64,000 bases of DNA from Bacteriovoracaceae bacterium (GCA_041586955.1 JBFGZE010000001.1:32001-96000); one strand, 5' to 3'; shown: positions 38,698 to 49,699, counted from the first letter of the stretch. Numbers and translations: made by a program. The notes: generated by a model not told the origin, from the letters alone.

Positions 38698-39857
38698 TTT
38701 CCATCACCTATCTGCTCGGCCAAATAGAGTCCCAAGTCTGTGATCTCACCTGTTAATAAATCATTGGTGCTGACCAATTGGCCCAGGGTTTTCTCATATT
38801 GATCACGGTCTTCTAACCAACGGCGCATCGCCATTTCAAGATTATACTCAGAACAACGGTCCTGAATAAATTCGGGAAAAACATCGTCTTCATGAATGAT
38901 ATTAGTCAGAGAAATGGGACCTTGATAATTAACAAAAGTTTCAAAAATAAATTGATTAAGGAGTGAACTACGGTAGGCAACAATTGTTGGGATTTGAAAC
39001 AATCCTAAGGCCAACGTCACAGTACCACTCGCAGCGAAGGAGACATGGGCCCATTCCAAGGCATCCTCTAATTGATCATTTGAAAAGTTTGAATCGATCA
39101 TTTCTTGATAAGATGAAAAAATAGACTCATCAATATTTGAACTTTGGACCAGGCCAACTTTAATATTAAATTCTTTTTTTAGAGATTGAATTGTACGCAT
39201 GAAAACCGGTAATAATTCACTTATTTCAAAGCGCCGGCTTCCAGGTAGAACTAATAAATGGACTTCTTTTTCTAATTGTATGAAAGGCTTATGTTCTAAA
39301 CCGAGAGCTCTTTTATTGAGAGAGCTCCCCCACTTAAGTTTTAAAGGATGGGGAACGCTTAATGCCTGACGGACACCTCTGTCCATAAACCATTTTTTTT
39401 CAAAGGGAATTATGGTGAAAAGAGTATCGACATTTTTAGAGAGTGGCCTTGTGCGCCACTCTTTCCACGCCCAGGCCTGTGGGGCCACTAGATAAAATAC
39501 CTTCACCCCTTTTTCTGTTAATTTAGGGGCCAAGGATAGATTGAATGTTTGAAAATCAATCAATAGAGCGTATTTCGTTTGTCTTTTCTCAACCTCGGCC
39601 AATATTTCTTTTCTTTTATTGATATAAAAAGGAATTTTACCAATCACCTCACTCACTCCCCAGCTTGAGAAGTTTTTAAGGTGCTCAATTAATTCCATTC
39701 CTTCATTTTTTAATTCGTCACCACCAACGCCCCAAAACTTAAAATCAGGAAGCCCCGCTTTTAACTCACGAAAAAAGCTCATACAATGCTCTTCACCAGA
39801 TTTTTCACCGGCCATGATCAAAAGATTATTAGAAATTGAAGTGCTCTTATTGCTCAT
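38691..39857 (-). CDS. lpxB: Lipid-A-disaccharide synthase
   Basis: AGEKSG, PQAWAW, PFE, LPGSR, ASGTVTL, PEFIQ. Confidence 0.93.
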   Translation of the reverse strand: MSNKSTSISNNLLIMAGEKSGEEHCMSFFRELKAGLPDFKFWGVGGDELKNEGMELIEHLKNFSSWGVSEVIGKIPFYINKRKEILAEVEKRQTKYALLIDFQTFNLSLAPKLTEKGVKVFYLVAPQAWAWKEWRTRPLSKNVDTLFTIIPFEKKWFMDRGVRQALSVPHPLKLKWGSSLNKRALGLEHKPFIQLEKEVHLLVLPGSRRFEISELLPVFMRTIQSLKKEFNIKVGLVQSSNIDESIFSSYQEMIDSNFSNDQLEDALEWAHVSFAASGTVTLALGLFQIPTIVAYRSSLLNQFIFETFVNYQGPISLTNIIHEDDVFPEFIQDRCSEYNLEMAMRRWLEDRDQYEKTLGQLVSTNDLLTGEITDLGLYLAEQIGDGKC

Positions 39858-39863
39858 ATCATT

Positions 39864-40781
39864 TTACCCAAGGGCCTTTAGGATTTGATCCAAAATGAGA
39901 ACCACTTCAGTTCCAACCTGAGCATCGACTTGAGGTTTTTCCCCCGTTAAAATACAGCGATAAAATTCATCCTGCTCAACCAAAAGGTGGTCTCTCTTCT
40001 CATATTGCCCTGAGATCACTTTACCTGTTTTGTCAGATTGATAAAAAGAAGTATTCATTAAATCAATTGCAATGGTGCCGGCCTTCGAACATATCTCGAC
40101 ATCTCTTTTTTCATAGGCGTGACTGCGAGATGCTGTAATAAAAGCACGACGATTATGAGAAAATTCAAGACAAGCTTCCACATGATCCCAGGCCGAAGTC
40201 ATGACTTTAAGTCCTTTGGCCTCTACTTTTAAGGGAACCTCGCCAAAAAGCTGTAATAAAATGTCGACGTCATGGATCATTAAATCCCGAACGACGCCAA
40301 CATCAGTCGCACGCCCTTTAAAGGCGGCTATTCTGCGAATTTGAACCAGACAATCTTTTTCTAAATAAGTGGACCAATCTTTTTTCTGGGACCAAATATT
40401 ATGGCAACGCTCAGAGTGACCCACCTGAAAAACTAAATTATTTTCCAAGGCCTTCTTTAAAAGGGATTGGGCCTCTGCTCCAGTTTGAGTCATGGGCTTT
40501 TCGCAAAAGATATGCTTGCCCGCCGCCAATAATTGTTCACAAATAGCAAAGTGAAAGGATGTAGGAGTGGCAATTATAGCAGCATCAATATTGTCTATGC
40601 ATTCCTCCAGAGTATGGAAAACCTCGACCTCTGGGTACTTCTCTTTAACCATTGCCTGTGAATGAAAATGTGGATCAACAACTGCAATTAATTCACAATT
40701 ATCATGATGATAGGCCTTATCAACATGCCATTTTCCCAAATGACCACAGCCAATAACGGCAACTTTAACTTTCTGACTCAA
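39864..40781 (-). CDS. Gfo/Idh/MocA oxidoreductase, GnnA-like
   Basis: IGCGHLG..H, EKP, VGHSER, DLMIHD; located between lpxA and lpxB. Confidence 0.85.
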   Translation of the reverse strand: MSQKVKVAVIGCGHLGKWHVDKAYHHDNCELIAVVDPHFHSQAMVKEKYPEVEVFHTLEECIDNIDAAIIATPTSFHFAICEQLLAAGKHIFCEKPMTQTGAEAQSLLKKALENNLVFQVGHSERCHNIWSQKKDWSTYLEKDCLVQIRRIAAFKGRATDVGVVRDLMIHDVDILLQLFGEVPLKVEAKGLKVMTSAWDHVEACLEFSHNRRAFITASRSHAYEKRDVEICSKAGTIAIDLMNTSFYQSDKTGKVISGQYEKRDHLLVEQDEFYRCILTGEKPQVDAQVGTEVVLILDQILKALG

Positions 40782-40794
40782 AACTCAACCTCAA

Positions 40795-41589
40795 TTAAGA
40801 CATAAATGGAGCAATACCAACTTCACTATTGCGAATGGTATTGACCATCATATTTATGACATCATTATTTTTAAAATCGGTCATCAATTCTTCATGCTCG
40901 ATAAACGCGCGTGGAGAAAGGGCCGATGATTCCATGGTCCGATAAAAGTCCACGACTTCTGAGATCACGGACTTAGAGAATCCCTGACGGCGCAGGCCTA
41001 TAATATTAATTCCTTTTAACCTGACTCTATTTCCGTAGGCCGTACAGAATTCGGGAATATCACGGTCAATCGCAGAGGCGCCACCAATATAGCTCCCTCT
41101 TCCCATTGAAATAAATTGAGAGACGTTTGTACCACCACTAATAATCACGCGATCGCCAATACGAACATGGCCAGCGACATTAACGGAATTAACGAGTACA
41201 CAATGAGAACCTAATTGCACGTCATGGCCCAAATGAACATAGGCCATTAATAAATTATTATCGCCAATAATCGTTTCCCCTTTTTCCTTTAGAGTTCCTC
41301 TATGAACGGATACATACTCTCTAAATACATTATTAGAGCCAATAATCACTTTGGTAGGCTCGTTTTTATAAGTTAGATCCTGAGGAGGAGCTCCGATAGA
41401 GCCAAACTGAAAAAAGATATTATTATTTTTGGCCTCGATAATGCCGTCGAGTACAACATGGGAGTGAACAATACAATTGTCTCCTAATTGAACATCATCA
41501 CCGATTAGGGAAAAGGCCCCCACTTTAACATTCTCACCCAATTGCGCTTTCTCTGAAACGACAGCTGTGGGGTGAATTTCGACACTCAT
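40795..41589 (-). CDS. lpxA: Acyl-ACP--UDP-GlcNAc acyltransferase
   Basis: Hexapeptide repeats, PPQDL.Y, RE...HRGT, HLGHD, AGHV. Confidence 0.95.
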   Translation of the reverse strand: MSVEIHPTAVVSEKAQLGENVKVGAFSLIGDDVQLGDNCIVHSHVVLDGIIEAKNNNIFFQFGSIGAPPQDLTYKNEPTKVIIGSNNVFREYVSVHRGTLKEKGETIIGDNNLLMAYVHLGHDVQLGSHCVLVNSVNVAGHVRIGDRVIISGGTNVSQFISMGRGSYIGGASAIDRDIPEFCTAYGNRVRLKGINIIGLRRQGFSKSVISEVVDFYRTMESSALSPRAFIEHEELMTDFKNNDVINMMVNTIRNSEVGIAPFMS

Positions 41590-41598
41590 ACGATTCTC

Positions 41599-42090
41599 CT
41601 ATTCAAACTTTACGGTGGCCATAACTGAGGCCTGGCTCATCAGTTCACCCTTATGAAAGATTTCACAATCATGACTCATAAAGGTCCCACGCACTTTAGT
41701 ACAAATGGCCTTAATTTCTAATTCCATTCCTGGAACAATGGGTTTTCTAAATTTAGCACTTGAGACACTTAATAAGGCCACATCCATATCGCGATCAAAG
41801 CAATCGCCATAAACGCCGGCCAAAATAAAGCTGGATGCCTGGGCCATCATTTCCACTTGAACAACACCTGGTAAAATGGGGTTACCTGGAAAATGCCCTT
41901 CAAAAATGGGATGATCCTCTTTGGTCACATAACGAGCGATAACTTCACCACCCACAATCTCTTTAGCTCCAATTGTTTCCCCGGTAATCAAATCTTTCCC
42001 GTTTAAACTAACGGAGATAACTTCATCAATAAATAAAAAGGGGTCCCTATGAGGTAACATTTTTTTTACATCTTCATTAGAGAAATACAT
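41599..42090 (-). CDS. fabZ: 3-hydroxyacyl-ACP dehydratase
   Basis: LPHRDPFLFID, GHFPGNPILPGV..E.MAQ. Confidence 0.93.
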   Translation of the reverse strand: MYFSNEDVKKMLPHRDPFLFIDEVISVSLNGKDLITGETIGAKEIVGGEVIARYVTKEDHPIFEGHFPGNPILPGVVQVEMMAQASSFILAGVYGDCFDRDMDVALLSVSSAKFRKPIVPGMELEIKAICTKVRGTFMSHDCEIFHKGELMSQASVMATVKFE

Positions 42091-42110
42091 AAACAGCTCC
42101 TTCAATCAGC

Positions 42111-43130
42111 TTAGCTCAACTTCTTTTTTAACGATTCACGGCGAACAAAGGCCACTCCCTTCATCCATTCTTTTAATGGTCGTGCAGGGTGACCACCCAA
42201 AACTGTTTTGGCCGGCCAATCACAATTCACTAATGATCCACCTGCAACCTGGCAAGCAGGGCCGAGCGTCATATTATCTCCCATCCCCGACTTGCCGCCA
42301 AAGACAGTAAAATCACCAATCGTTGAACTACCACCTATGGCAACATGGCCACATATAATGACCCCTAGGCCCAATTGGCAATTATGGCCAATTTGCACAT
42401 GATTATCTAGTTTTGTTCCAGCGCCAATTCTGGTTGGAGAAAAAGTTCCTCCATCGACACACGAATTGGCCCCAATTTCGACATTGTCTTCCAAAACGAC
42501 CGAGCCCATATGCCAAATCTTTTGATGGGCGCCATCTCCAAAAACATAGCCAAAACCATCCGCGCCAATGACGGAGCCCGCATGAATACGCACATTTTTA
42601 CCAATCTGGACATCGGGATAGATGGTGACATTGGAAAATATTTCACTACCTGCTTGTATCCGGACGCCGGCGCCTATACTTGCTCCTGGATGAATCATCA
42701 CATTTTCTTCAAGGATAACATTTTCCCCAATAAATGCGCCCTGCCCGACAAGAGCGGAAGGGTGAATCTCGGCAGTTCCCATTTGGCGACCATCAACCAC
42801 TTGGTTACGACCACTCATTTTACGATGATAAAATATATCTGATAAGCGAAAGATCAAAGTTTCCACAGAGGGGCAGATTAAAGTCGCTTTAAATTGCTGA
42901 TAAAGGGATTCATCCAACCAGTTGTCTTTGCCCAGAATAAGAATGATATCCTGGCAATCCGCTGGTTTAAGATCCTTTAACAGTAACGCAAACTTTTTAG
43001 ATTTTACGCATAGGATATGATGCGGCCTAAGAAGCTTTAAATCGCAAATACCATCAATTTGAATATCATCTGAGTATTGGGTGTGGGGTTTGATATCAGA
43101 AAGGAGAGAGGTTAATTCTTTACCATTCAA
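42111..43130 (-). CDS. lpxD: UDP-3-O-acyl-glucosamine N-acyltransferase
   Basis: [32 protein letters not shown] start with GAGG SD. Confidence 0.93.
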   Translation of the reverse strand: MNGKELTSLLSDIKPHTQYSDDIQIDGICDLKLLRPHHILCVKSKKFALLLKDLKPADCQDIILILGKDNWLDESLYQQFKATLICPSVETLIFRLSDIFYHRKMSGRNQVVDGRQMGTAEIHPSALVGQGAFIGENVILEENVMIHPGASIGAGVRIQAGSEIFSNVTIYPDVQIGKNVRIHAGSVIGADGFGYVFGDGAHQKIWHMGSVVLEDNVEIGANSCVDGGTFSPTRIGAGTKLDNHVQIGHNCQLGLGVIICGHVAIGGSSTIGDFTVFGGKSGMGDNMTLGPACQVAGGSLVNCDWPAKTVLGGHPARPLKEWMKGVAFVRRESLKKKLS

Positions 43131-43143
43131 GCAATACCTCCTT

Positions 43144-43171
43144 AAAAAAAGGGACCAGGCCGGTCCCTTTT
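43144..43171 (-). terminator. Intrinsic terminator between skp and lpxD
   Basis: AAAAGGGACC/GGTCCCTTTT stem with T7 on the minus strand. Confidence 0.8.
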
Positions 43172-43192
43172 ATTATTTTATGCTAAATTAAT

Positions 43193-43711
43193 TTACTTAT
43201 TTTTTTTATTATAAAGAGCAATTACCTTATCTGTAATATTTGCAGACTTCTTAACAAAAATAGGAGCTGTAGAAAGTTCAAAAGTCATATCAAATCCACC
43301 AGACTTAGAAACTTCATCAACGACACTTCTAATCTTTTCAAGAATTGGCTTTTTTAATTTTTGTTCCATTTCTTGGATTTCTTTTTGAAAAGTAACAGAC
43401 TTTTGCTGAAGGCCTATAATTTTCTCTTGAATTTCTCTTTCTTTTTGAAGCTTGGCCTTATCATTCATCACAAGACTTTGCTTTTTGAAACTTTCTTGTA
43501 ATTTGCGAATCGCCGCCTCTTCGTTCTTTAGGATCTTTTGCTTTTCATCAAACTTCTTTTTAAGTTTTTCACGAACTTTTTTTCCTTGATTAACAGTCAA
43601 AAGAATCTTTTGAATATCGACTGTTGCAATTCCTGCGGCAAAGGTATTGGCACTTAAAATAAATGCTAATGCCATACTAATTAAAACCATTCCTTGTTTT
43701 TTCATATACAC
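43193..43711 (-). CDS. skp: Periplasmic chaperone Skp/OmpH
   Basis: Signal peptide, IATVDIQKIL, coiled coil, NITDKVI; follows bamA. Confidence 0.9.
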   Translation of the reverse strand: MYMKKQGMVLISMALAFILSANTFAAGIATVDIQKILLTVNQGKKVREKLKKKFDEKQKILKNEEAAIRKLQESFKKQSLVMNDKAKLQKEREIQEKIIGLQQKSVTFQKEIQEMEQKLKKPILEKIRSVVDEVSKSGGFDMTFELSTAPIFVKKSANITDKVIALYNKKNK

Positions 43712-43725
43712 CTCTATTTATGTTT

Positions 43726-46026
43726 CTAGAATAATTGTCCTATATCGAAAATAAATTGACTACCGTTACCTTCACCAATTGGGTAACCAAATTCAAACCT
43801 GAGAACTCCAATCGGGGAAAACCAACGGAATCCAAAGCCATAATCCTTATGAAGCTTGAATTTTTTATAATCGCCTGCGTCACCTGCATCGACAAAAAGT
43901 ACCCATTTAAGTCCGGCTTCTTTTGCCAACGGGTGCTCTAGCTCAAATGTGGTGTAAGCATTAAAAAGACCTCGCATATTAAAAGTCTGCTGCTTGCCAT
44001 TGATATCAAAAGTCTGTTTAGGTCCGATCGCTTCATAAGCGAAACCTCTAAGGTTTCTCGCTCCACCAAGGGAGAATTTTTCAGCTCGTGGAATGGCCTG
44101 GCCATCGATACGCTCTAATTTCGCAGCATGGAGTCGAGCACGGAAAACAAGGTCGCCATAAACACGGTGATAAAAACGGCCATCAAACTCATTCTTTAAC
44201 CATTTCTTATCAAAGCCAAGGCCTGAGTATTCAATAGCATAATTAAGGTAGAAGCCTTTTGATGGCTCAAACTTATTATCTCGCTTGTCATAAACAATAG
44301 AGGAGCGAACGGAGGAGGAAATACCATTTTCTACTGCTTCGATAATTGTCGGGTCATCCGCTGTTTTAATCTCTGTTTCTTCTAATTTATAGGTCAGAAA
44401 AAGGCGGGTATAATCAAAGATTGGATAACCAATACGAGCATCAAAACCTTTCTTTAAAAAGCTAAATGATTCACTACTTTCGTTACGTTGATAAAAAACA
44501 TCCCCACCAGCAGTCCACTTTGTGTCGAGAAAATACGGCTCTGTAAAACCTAAGTTAAAGTTTTTATTATCATCCGCCCAAGAAACAGAGAAACTAAGAT
44601 TTTGACCAAGTCCCATAAAGTTATTCTGAGAGATTGAACCTTGTAAAAAGAAACCTGAAGCGGTCGAGAATCCAGCTCCTAGAGAAATCTGTCCAGTATT
44701 TCTCTCTTTAACCGTAATTTCCACATCTAGGACATCGTCTCGACCGGGAGGCGAGACAGTATTGAAGATAACACTATTGGGCTCAAAAAATCCCAGGCGA
44801 TTCACATTTTCTTTTGAACGACGTAGAGATGACCCAGAGAATTTCACGCCCTCACGGATCAATAACTCGCGACGAACGACCTTATCACGTGTTTTAGTAT
44901 TACCCTTAACTGTAATGGCACCAAAATAAGCAATCTTCCCTTTTTCAAAAGAGAATTCCACATCAACTTTGTTTTCACCAGGTACCGGAACCAGGGTACG
45001 AAGAACGTTAGCAAACGCGTAACCTTCATCTTGATACATTTCTGTTAGGCCTTGAATATCCTGCCGCAAGAGGGCCTCAGAATAATTTTCACCGGTCTTA
45101 AGTTTAACCTTTTTCAACAACTCTTCATCTGAGAAAAGAAGCTCACCCTGAAAAGAGATCGAATTAACCTTAAAAAGTGGTCCTTCATTCACTTTCATCG
45201 TGATGAAAACCCATTTACGATCCTCAGAAATAGTAATCTCTGGGGAACCAATATTAACCTGAAGGTAACCTTTGGTTTGGTAAAAATACTTCAGTAATTC
45301 GACGTCATTTTGAAAATTGAATTCCTTAAAGTTACCTGAACCACTCATGAAGGAAAAAACGCCCTCCTCCCGGGTTTGCATAATGGCCTTTAACTCAGGA
45401 TCTTTAAAAGCAGAGTTTCCTAAAAAGGTAATGCGCTTAACTTTTACCTTTTCAAATTCTTGAACGTTGAATACCAGCTCCACATTATCATCTTCTTTCC
45501 GTTCGCGAATTTCATAATTAATGCGGGCCAGATAAAATCCCTTTTCCTCATATTGCTTTTGCAAGGCCTTGAGGTCAGATTTAATGGTATTAATATCGAG
45601 GATGGAGAATTCTTTAGACTGAATATGAGTGGTTAGATCATCCTTATCCATCTCATTAAGGCCTTCAAAAGAAATTTTTGAAATAAGAGGCTTTTCTTTA
45701 ACTTTAAAGATCAGTGTATTCTTGCCATCGATAACTTTTTTATGAGCTTCAACAAATTCAAAATATTTTAAGGTATAAATGCGGACGATGTCTTTGCGGA
45801 GAAGGTAATTATCAAGGATATTCCCTTTTTTGACGTGGACCTTTTCTAAGACCGCTTCAGACTCAACCTTTTTGAGTCCTTCAATCTTGATATCATCAAC
45901 ACGAAAGAGATCTTTAGCTGGCCCTAAGTCTTCAATGGCCCATAGGGCCGATATTGAAATGAAAAATATAAATAATAAACGGCAGAATCCTTTCAAAATA
46001 TCCCTTACTCCCATTAAGAGTTCCAT
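43726..46026 (-). CDS. bamA: Outer membrane protein assembly factor BamA
   Basis: POTRA repeats, GNTKTRDKVVRRE, LRGF, WFSPIG.LRF, terminal Phe. Confidence 0.96.
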   Translation of the reverse strand: MELLMGVRDILKGFCRLLFIFFISISALWAIEDLGPAKDLFRVDDIKIEGLKKVESEAVLEKVHVKKGNILDNYLLRKDIVRIYTLKYFEFVEAHKKVIDGKNTLIFKVKEKPLISKISFEGLNEMDKDDLTTHIQSKEFSILDINTIKSDLKALQKQYEEKGFYLARINYEIRERKEDDNVELVFNVQEFEKVKVKRITFLGNSAFKDPELKAIMQTREEGVFSFMSGSGNFKEFNFQNDVELLKYFYQTKGYLQVNIGSPEITISEDRKWVFITMKVNEGPLFKVNSISFQGELLFSDEELLKKVKLKTGENYSEALLRQDIQGLTEMYQDEGYAFANVLRTLVPVPGENKVDVEFSFEKGKIAYFGAITVKGNTKTRDKVVRRELLIREGVKFSGSSLRRSKENVNRLGFFEPNSVIFNTVSPPGRDDVLDVEITVKERNTGQISLGAGFSTASGFFLQGSISQNNFMGLGQNLSFSVSWADDNKNFNLGFTEPYFLDTKWTAGGDVFYQRNESSESFSFLKKGFDARIGYPIFDYTRLFLTYKLEETEIKTADDPTIIEAVENGISSSVRSSIVYDKRDNKFEPSKGFYLNYAIEYSGLGFDKKWLKNEFDGRFYHRVYGDLVFRARLHAAKLERIDGQAIPRAEKFSLGGARNLRGFAYEAIGPKQTFDINGKQQTFNMRGLFNAYTTFELEHPLAKEAGLKWVLFVDAGDAGDYKKFKLHKDYGFGFRWFSPIGVLRFEFGYPIGEGNGSQFIFDIGQLF

Positions 46027-46141
46027 CTGATGACGCAGTCAGCATTAAAGACTGTTCCCATCATCTCAATATGAGATAGAAAAAGTTAACAATTTCCATA
46101 CGAACTTACAAAAACATTTTGTGATTTTTATGAAAAGAACA

Positions 46142-46801
46142 TCAATTAACAATAACACCGTCGCGCATAAATACCTGATGAGGGAATTGTGACGCAACTT
46201 GTTTATCATGAGTGACAACCACCAAGGTCGAGCCTAATTGGACGGCCATATCCTTTAATAATTGAGTTACAATTTGACCATTTTCAGAATCCAGATTCCC
46301 TGTTGGCTCATCACATAAAAGAATTTCTGGCCCCATTGAAAGGGCACGGATTAAATTAACTCGTTGCTGCTCGCCACCTGATAATTCAAAGGGAAACTTT
46401 TTAAGAACGTGAGTCACCCCCAAAACCTGAGCAAAATGTAGGCATTTTTCTTTGACCAACTTAGTCGACGTTCCTGATATTTTGGCGGGTAATAAAATAT
46501 TGTCCAAACAATTCATCGAAGGCAAAAGAAAGTGAAATTGAAAAACAAAACCAATCGATTGGTTGCGATAGGCCGCCAACTCGTCATCACTCATTTCCCC
46601 TAAAACCTTATTATCTACGGTAATCGTGCCACTGGTCGGATGATCCAGGCCACCAAGAAGGTATAATAAGGTGGATTTACCACAACCAGAAGAGCCTTGG
46701 ATCGCATATTGCTGACCTCTCTGTAAATTTAAATTAACTCCATTAAGAGCATGCACTTTACCAAAATAACGGGTGATATTCTCAATCTCAATAAAGGCCA
46801 T
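46142..46801 (-). CDS. lolD: Lipoprotein-releasing ABC ATPase LolD
   Basis: GSSGCGKST, IGFVFQFHFLL, LSGGEQQR, DEPTGNLD. Confidence 0.88.
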   Translation of the reverse strand: MAFIEIENITRYFGKVHALNGVNLNLQRGQQYAIQGSSGCGKSTLLYLLGGLDHPTSGTITVDNKVLGEMSDDELAAYRNQSIGFVFQFHFLLPSMNCLDNILLPAKISGTSTKLVKEKCLHFAQVLGVTHVLKKFPFELSGGEQQRVNLIRALSMGPEILLCDEPTGNLDSENGQIVTQLLKDMAVQLGSTLVVVTHDKQVASQFPHQVFMRDGVIVN

Positions 46802-48009
46802 TAGGTAAACTCCTTTCTCAGTCCGTATAAAATAGGTCTTACTCGCAAGCGGTAAAGAACAATCAGTGATAATAGGATAATCCAGGCCAAGGCCACACCA
46901 AAAACCAGCCCATAATCTAGAAGATCAATGTGAATTTGTAAGCGGGAGAGCCCATAAACCTCCCCGGGCAGTTCAAATAAAGGTAAGTACTTCAGCCCTA
47001 AATTAAAAACAAAAACCAGCCCTATGGATAAAAGGCAGGATAAGGCCCAAATCCCCATCATAAAAAGAAACCAAATACGGTTAAGTTGCTTTTGATTCAT
47101 CCCCATCGCCTTAAATAGGAATATTTCCCGCGCCCGTTTTTCATTAAAGAACGAGACAAACGCTAAAACATTAAAAATGGAAATAACCACGATTAATTGC
47201 AAAATTATGCCGATATATTTTTTTTGATCTTCCACTGCCTCAAAGAGGTCTTGAAAATCGCGCCAAAATGGTTTGACGATATATTCAAATTGCAGGCGCT
47301 CCTCCATATCAAAAATAAAATCATCTATGGCCAATTGGCGGTTGCCTTTGCGAAAAACCTTTAAGCGTTCTTCAGGAATATTGAGAGACACCACATTAAT
47401 CTTTCCCTCACTATGAATGCCTGATTGCAGTTCATCCAAATTGACGTAAACCAGACGCATATTCTTTTCGTAAATACCATGATCGATTACACCGCGCACC
47501 TTAAAGCGCTGTAGGGAGGGCATCCCAGATACCGTGCGATTACCTCCGGCCAAGGCAATGACAATATCATCACCTTTTTTGACCTTAAGAGTTTTCGCCA
47601 ATCCCATACCGAGAACCGCTTCTTCTGGTTCTAAAGATAGCGCAAGGCCCGTCACCTTCGAAAACTCTTGTGGCCGGACCCCTTTAAGAAGGATCCCTTT
47701 GGAGGTTTCATGATGGACAATAAAGCCCTCAGTTTGAATATGCGGAGAAATGGCATTAACTTTGAGTTCTTTTAAAACAGGTAAAACTTTATTGTAAGAA
47801 AAGAAACCTTTTCCCCAATAAAGAACAATATCTCCCGTGGACTTACGCAACCCTTCTCGCATGACATGGCCAAAACCATCCATAATACCAATTGTGCTCA
47901 AAATCACAGCAATAGAAAAGGCCAGCCCCAAAGTTACCGTCACGGCAAACTTCTTGCTCGCTTTCTCTTCAAGGAATAAAATCCGGAAAAATACTGAAAT
48001 AAACTTCAT
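46801..48009 (-). CDS. LolC/E-family ABC permease
   Basis: Four-TM MacB/FtsX topology; LPGEVY; adjacent to lolD. Confidence 0.85.
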   Translation of the reverse strand: MKFISVFFRILFLEEKASKKFAVTVTLGLAFSIAVILSTIGIMDGFGHVMREGLRKSTGDIVLYWGKGFFSYNKVLPVLKELKVNAISPHIQTEGFIVHHETSKGILLKGVRPQEFSKVTGLALSLEPEEAVLGMGLAKTLKVKKGDDIVIALAGGNRTVSGMPSLQRFKVRGVIDHGIYEKNMRLVYVNLDELQSGIHSEGKINVVSLNIPEERLKVFRKGNRQLAIDDFIFDMEERLQFEYIVKPFWRDFQDLFEAVEDQKKYIGIILQLIVVISIFNVLAFVSFFNEKRAREIFLFKAMGMNQKQLNRIWFLFMMGIWALSCLLSIGLVFVFNLGLKYLPLFELPGEVYGLSRLQIHIDLLDYGLVFGVALAWIILLSLIVLYRLRVRPILYGLRKEFT

Positions 48010-48011
48010 GT

Positions 48012-49146
48012 CTATTCATCATCCTTAATATCTTGCTCCACACCCCAACGTAGAAATGAATCCATAAACGGGTCTAAATCACCGTCGAGAACACGATCAG
48101 CATTAGAGCTTTCGCAATTGGTGCGATGGTCTTTCACCAGCTTATAAGGATGAAGGACATAGGAGCGAATCTGCGCTCCCCATTCAATTTTCTTTTTATT
48201 GGCCTCAGTTTCACTTTCCTGGGCGCGCCTCTCTTCCATTGCCTTTTCATAGAGCCGTGAACGCAGAACTTTCATTGCCTGCAATTTGTTTTGCAATTGA
48301 GAGCGTTCATTTTGGCAATTGACGACGACACCTGAGGGGATATGGGTGATTCGCACAGCAGAGTCCGTGGTGTTAACTGATTGGCCTCCCGCCCCACCTG
48401 AGCGGAAAACATCAATACGCAAATCCTTATCCTCTATTTCAATTTCAATATCATCATCCACTTCAGGAGAGACAAAAAGAGAAGCAAAGGAGGTGTGGCG
48501 CCTAGCAGCAGAATCAAAGGGGGAAATGCGTACCAAGCGATGAACCCCACTCTCCGATTTTGCCAGCCCATAGGCATAAGGGCCTTCAATCATTAGAGTC
48601 GCAGATTTAATACCGGCAGTATCCCCGGCCTGAACATCGAGAACTTGAGTTTTAAAAGATTTTCTTTCTGCCCATCTCGTTATCATCCGATAAAGCATAT
48701 GGGCCCAATCACAGGACTCTGTACCACCAGCGCCAGAATTAATCGAAATAATGGCGTTATGGGTATCCATTTCATCAGAAAGGAGGACTTTTTGCTCGGC
48801 CCTTAAAAAGGCATTATTAAATTTTTCAAAAACATCGAGCGCTTCTTGCGCGGAGTCTTCATCCTCTTCAGCGTATTCATAGAGAATATCAAATTCATCA
48901 TAAAGACTTTTTAGCTCGCTATAAACAGAGATAATGTCCTGTAAAAGACCTTTTTCCTTTTGTACTTTAGTGGCATGGTCATTATCTTCCCAAAACCCTT
49001 CTAGCGCCTCTAGATCACTGATCTCACTAAGGCGAGCTTTCTTACGGTCAATGTCAAAGTGACCTCCTGAGCATCTCTAATTTTACATCATGGCCTTTTA
49101 GGCCTGAACGACACTCATCCAATTTAATCTTAAGGGATTGATCCAT
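48012..49146 (-). CDS. prfB: Peptide chain release factor 2, with programmed +1 frameshift after codon 30 (about 377 aa)
   Basis: ATG 49146...AGGAGG-TCA-CTT-TGA-C; the +1 frame is open to 48012 and contains SPF and GGQ. Confidence 0.96.
49053..49068 (-). promoter_or_regulatory. RF2 autoregulatory frameshift site
   Basis: Internal SD AGGAGG, 3-nt spacer, CTT TGA C. Confidence 0.95.
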
Positions 49147-49699
49147 TAACCTCTCCTACTTTCTGCAATATATTTCCCACGATCTGATCTTCAAGACGGA
49201 ACATTAAATTTTCCTCTTCTTGTGAGATTTCGTGGTCAAAGCCGATCAGGTGCAGAATACCATGAATAAATAATTGTAGCACTTCCTGATGATAGGAAAT
49301 CTTAAATTCCTCGGCCTGCTTGATGGCCACTTCTTTGGAAATAATAATATCACCCAAGTTCAACTCTCTCAATTCAACTGGGGACTCCTCTCTTTGACCA
49401 AGCCGCAAAGAGTCGTGTACGGGAAAAGACAAAACATCTGTGGTTTGATCTTTGCCGCGGTAATCACGATTTAACTCTGTCATTTTCTCATCATCACAGA
49501 GAGTCACTGTAAGAGAAACGACTCCGATGGACAGCGCCGACCATTTCAGACCTTCATATGTTAGAAGGAAAGGTTCAAGAACTTCCAATGCCGATTGGAA
49601 CATAACCTGATAAGATTGTTTATCACTTTCTGCCAAATCTGAATGAATCAGATCCAGTTCGATTAATTCTGTTTTAATGGTGCCCATCGTCATATTCAA
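49130..49699 (-). CDS. ybeY: rRNA maturation RNase YbeY
   Basis: LN..YRGKD..TDVLSFP, LGDI, HGILHLIGFDH. Confidence 0.95.
   Translation of the reverse strand: MNMTMGTIKTELIELDLIHSDLAESDKQSYQVMFQSALEVLEPFLLTYEGLKWSALSIGVVSLTVTLCDDEKMTELNRDYRGKDQTTDVLSFPVHDSLRLGQREESPVELRELNLGDIIISKEVAIKQAEEFKISYHQEVLQLFIHGILHLIGFDHEISQEEENLMFRLEDQIVGNILQKVGEVNGSIP

Noticed and set aside
48012..48770. prfB as truncated gene or pseudogene
   Set aside because: Explained by the canonical programmed frameshift.
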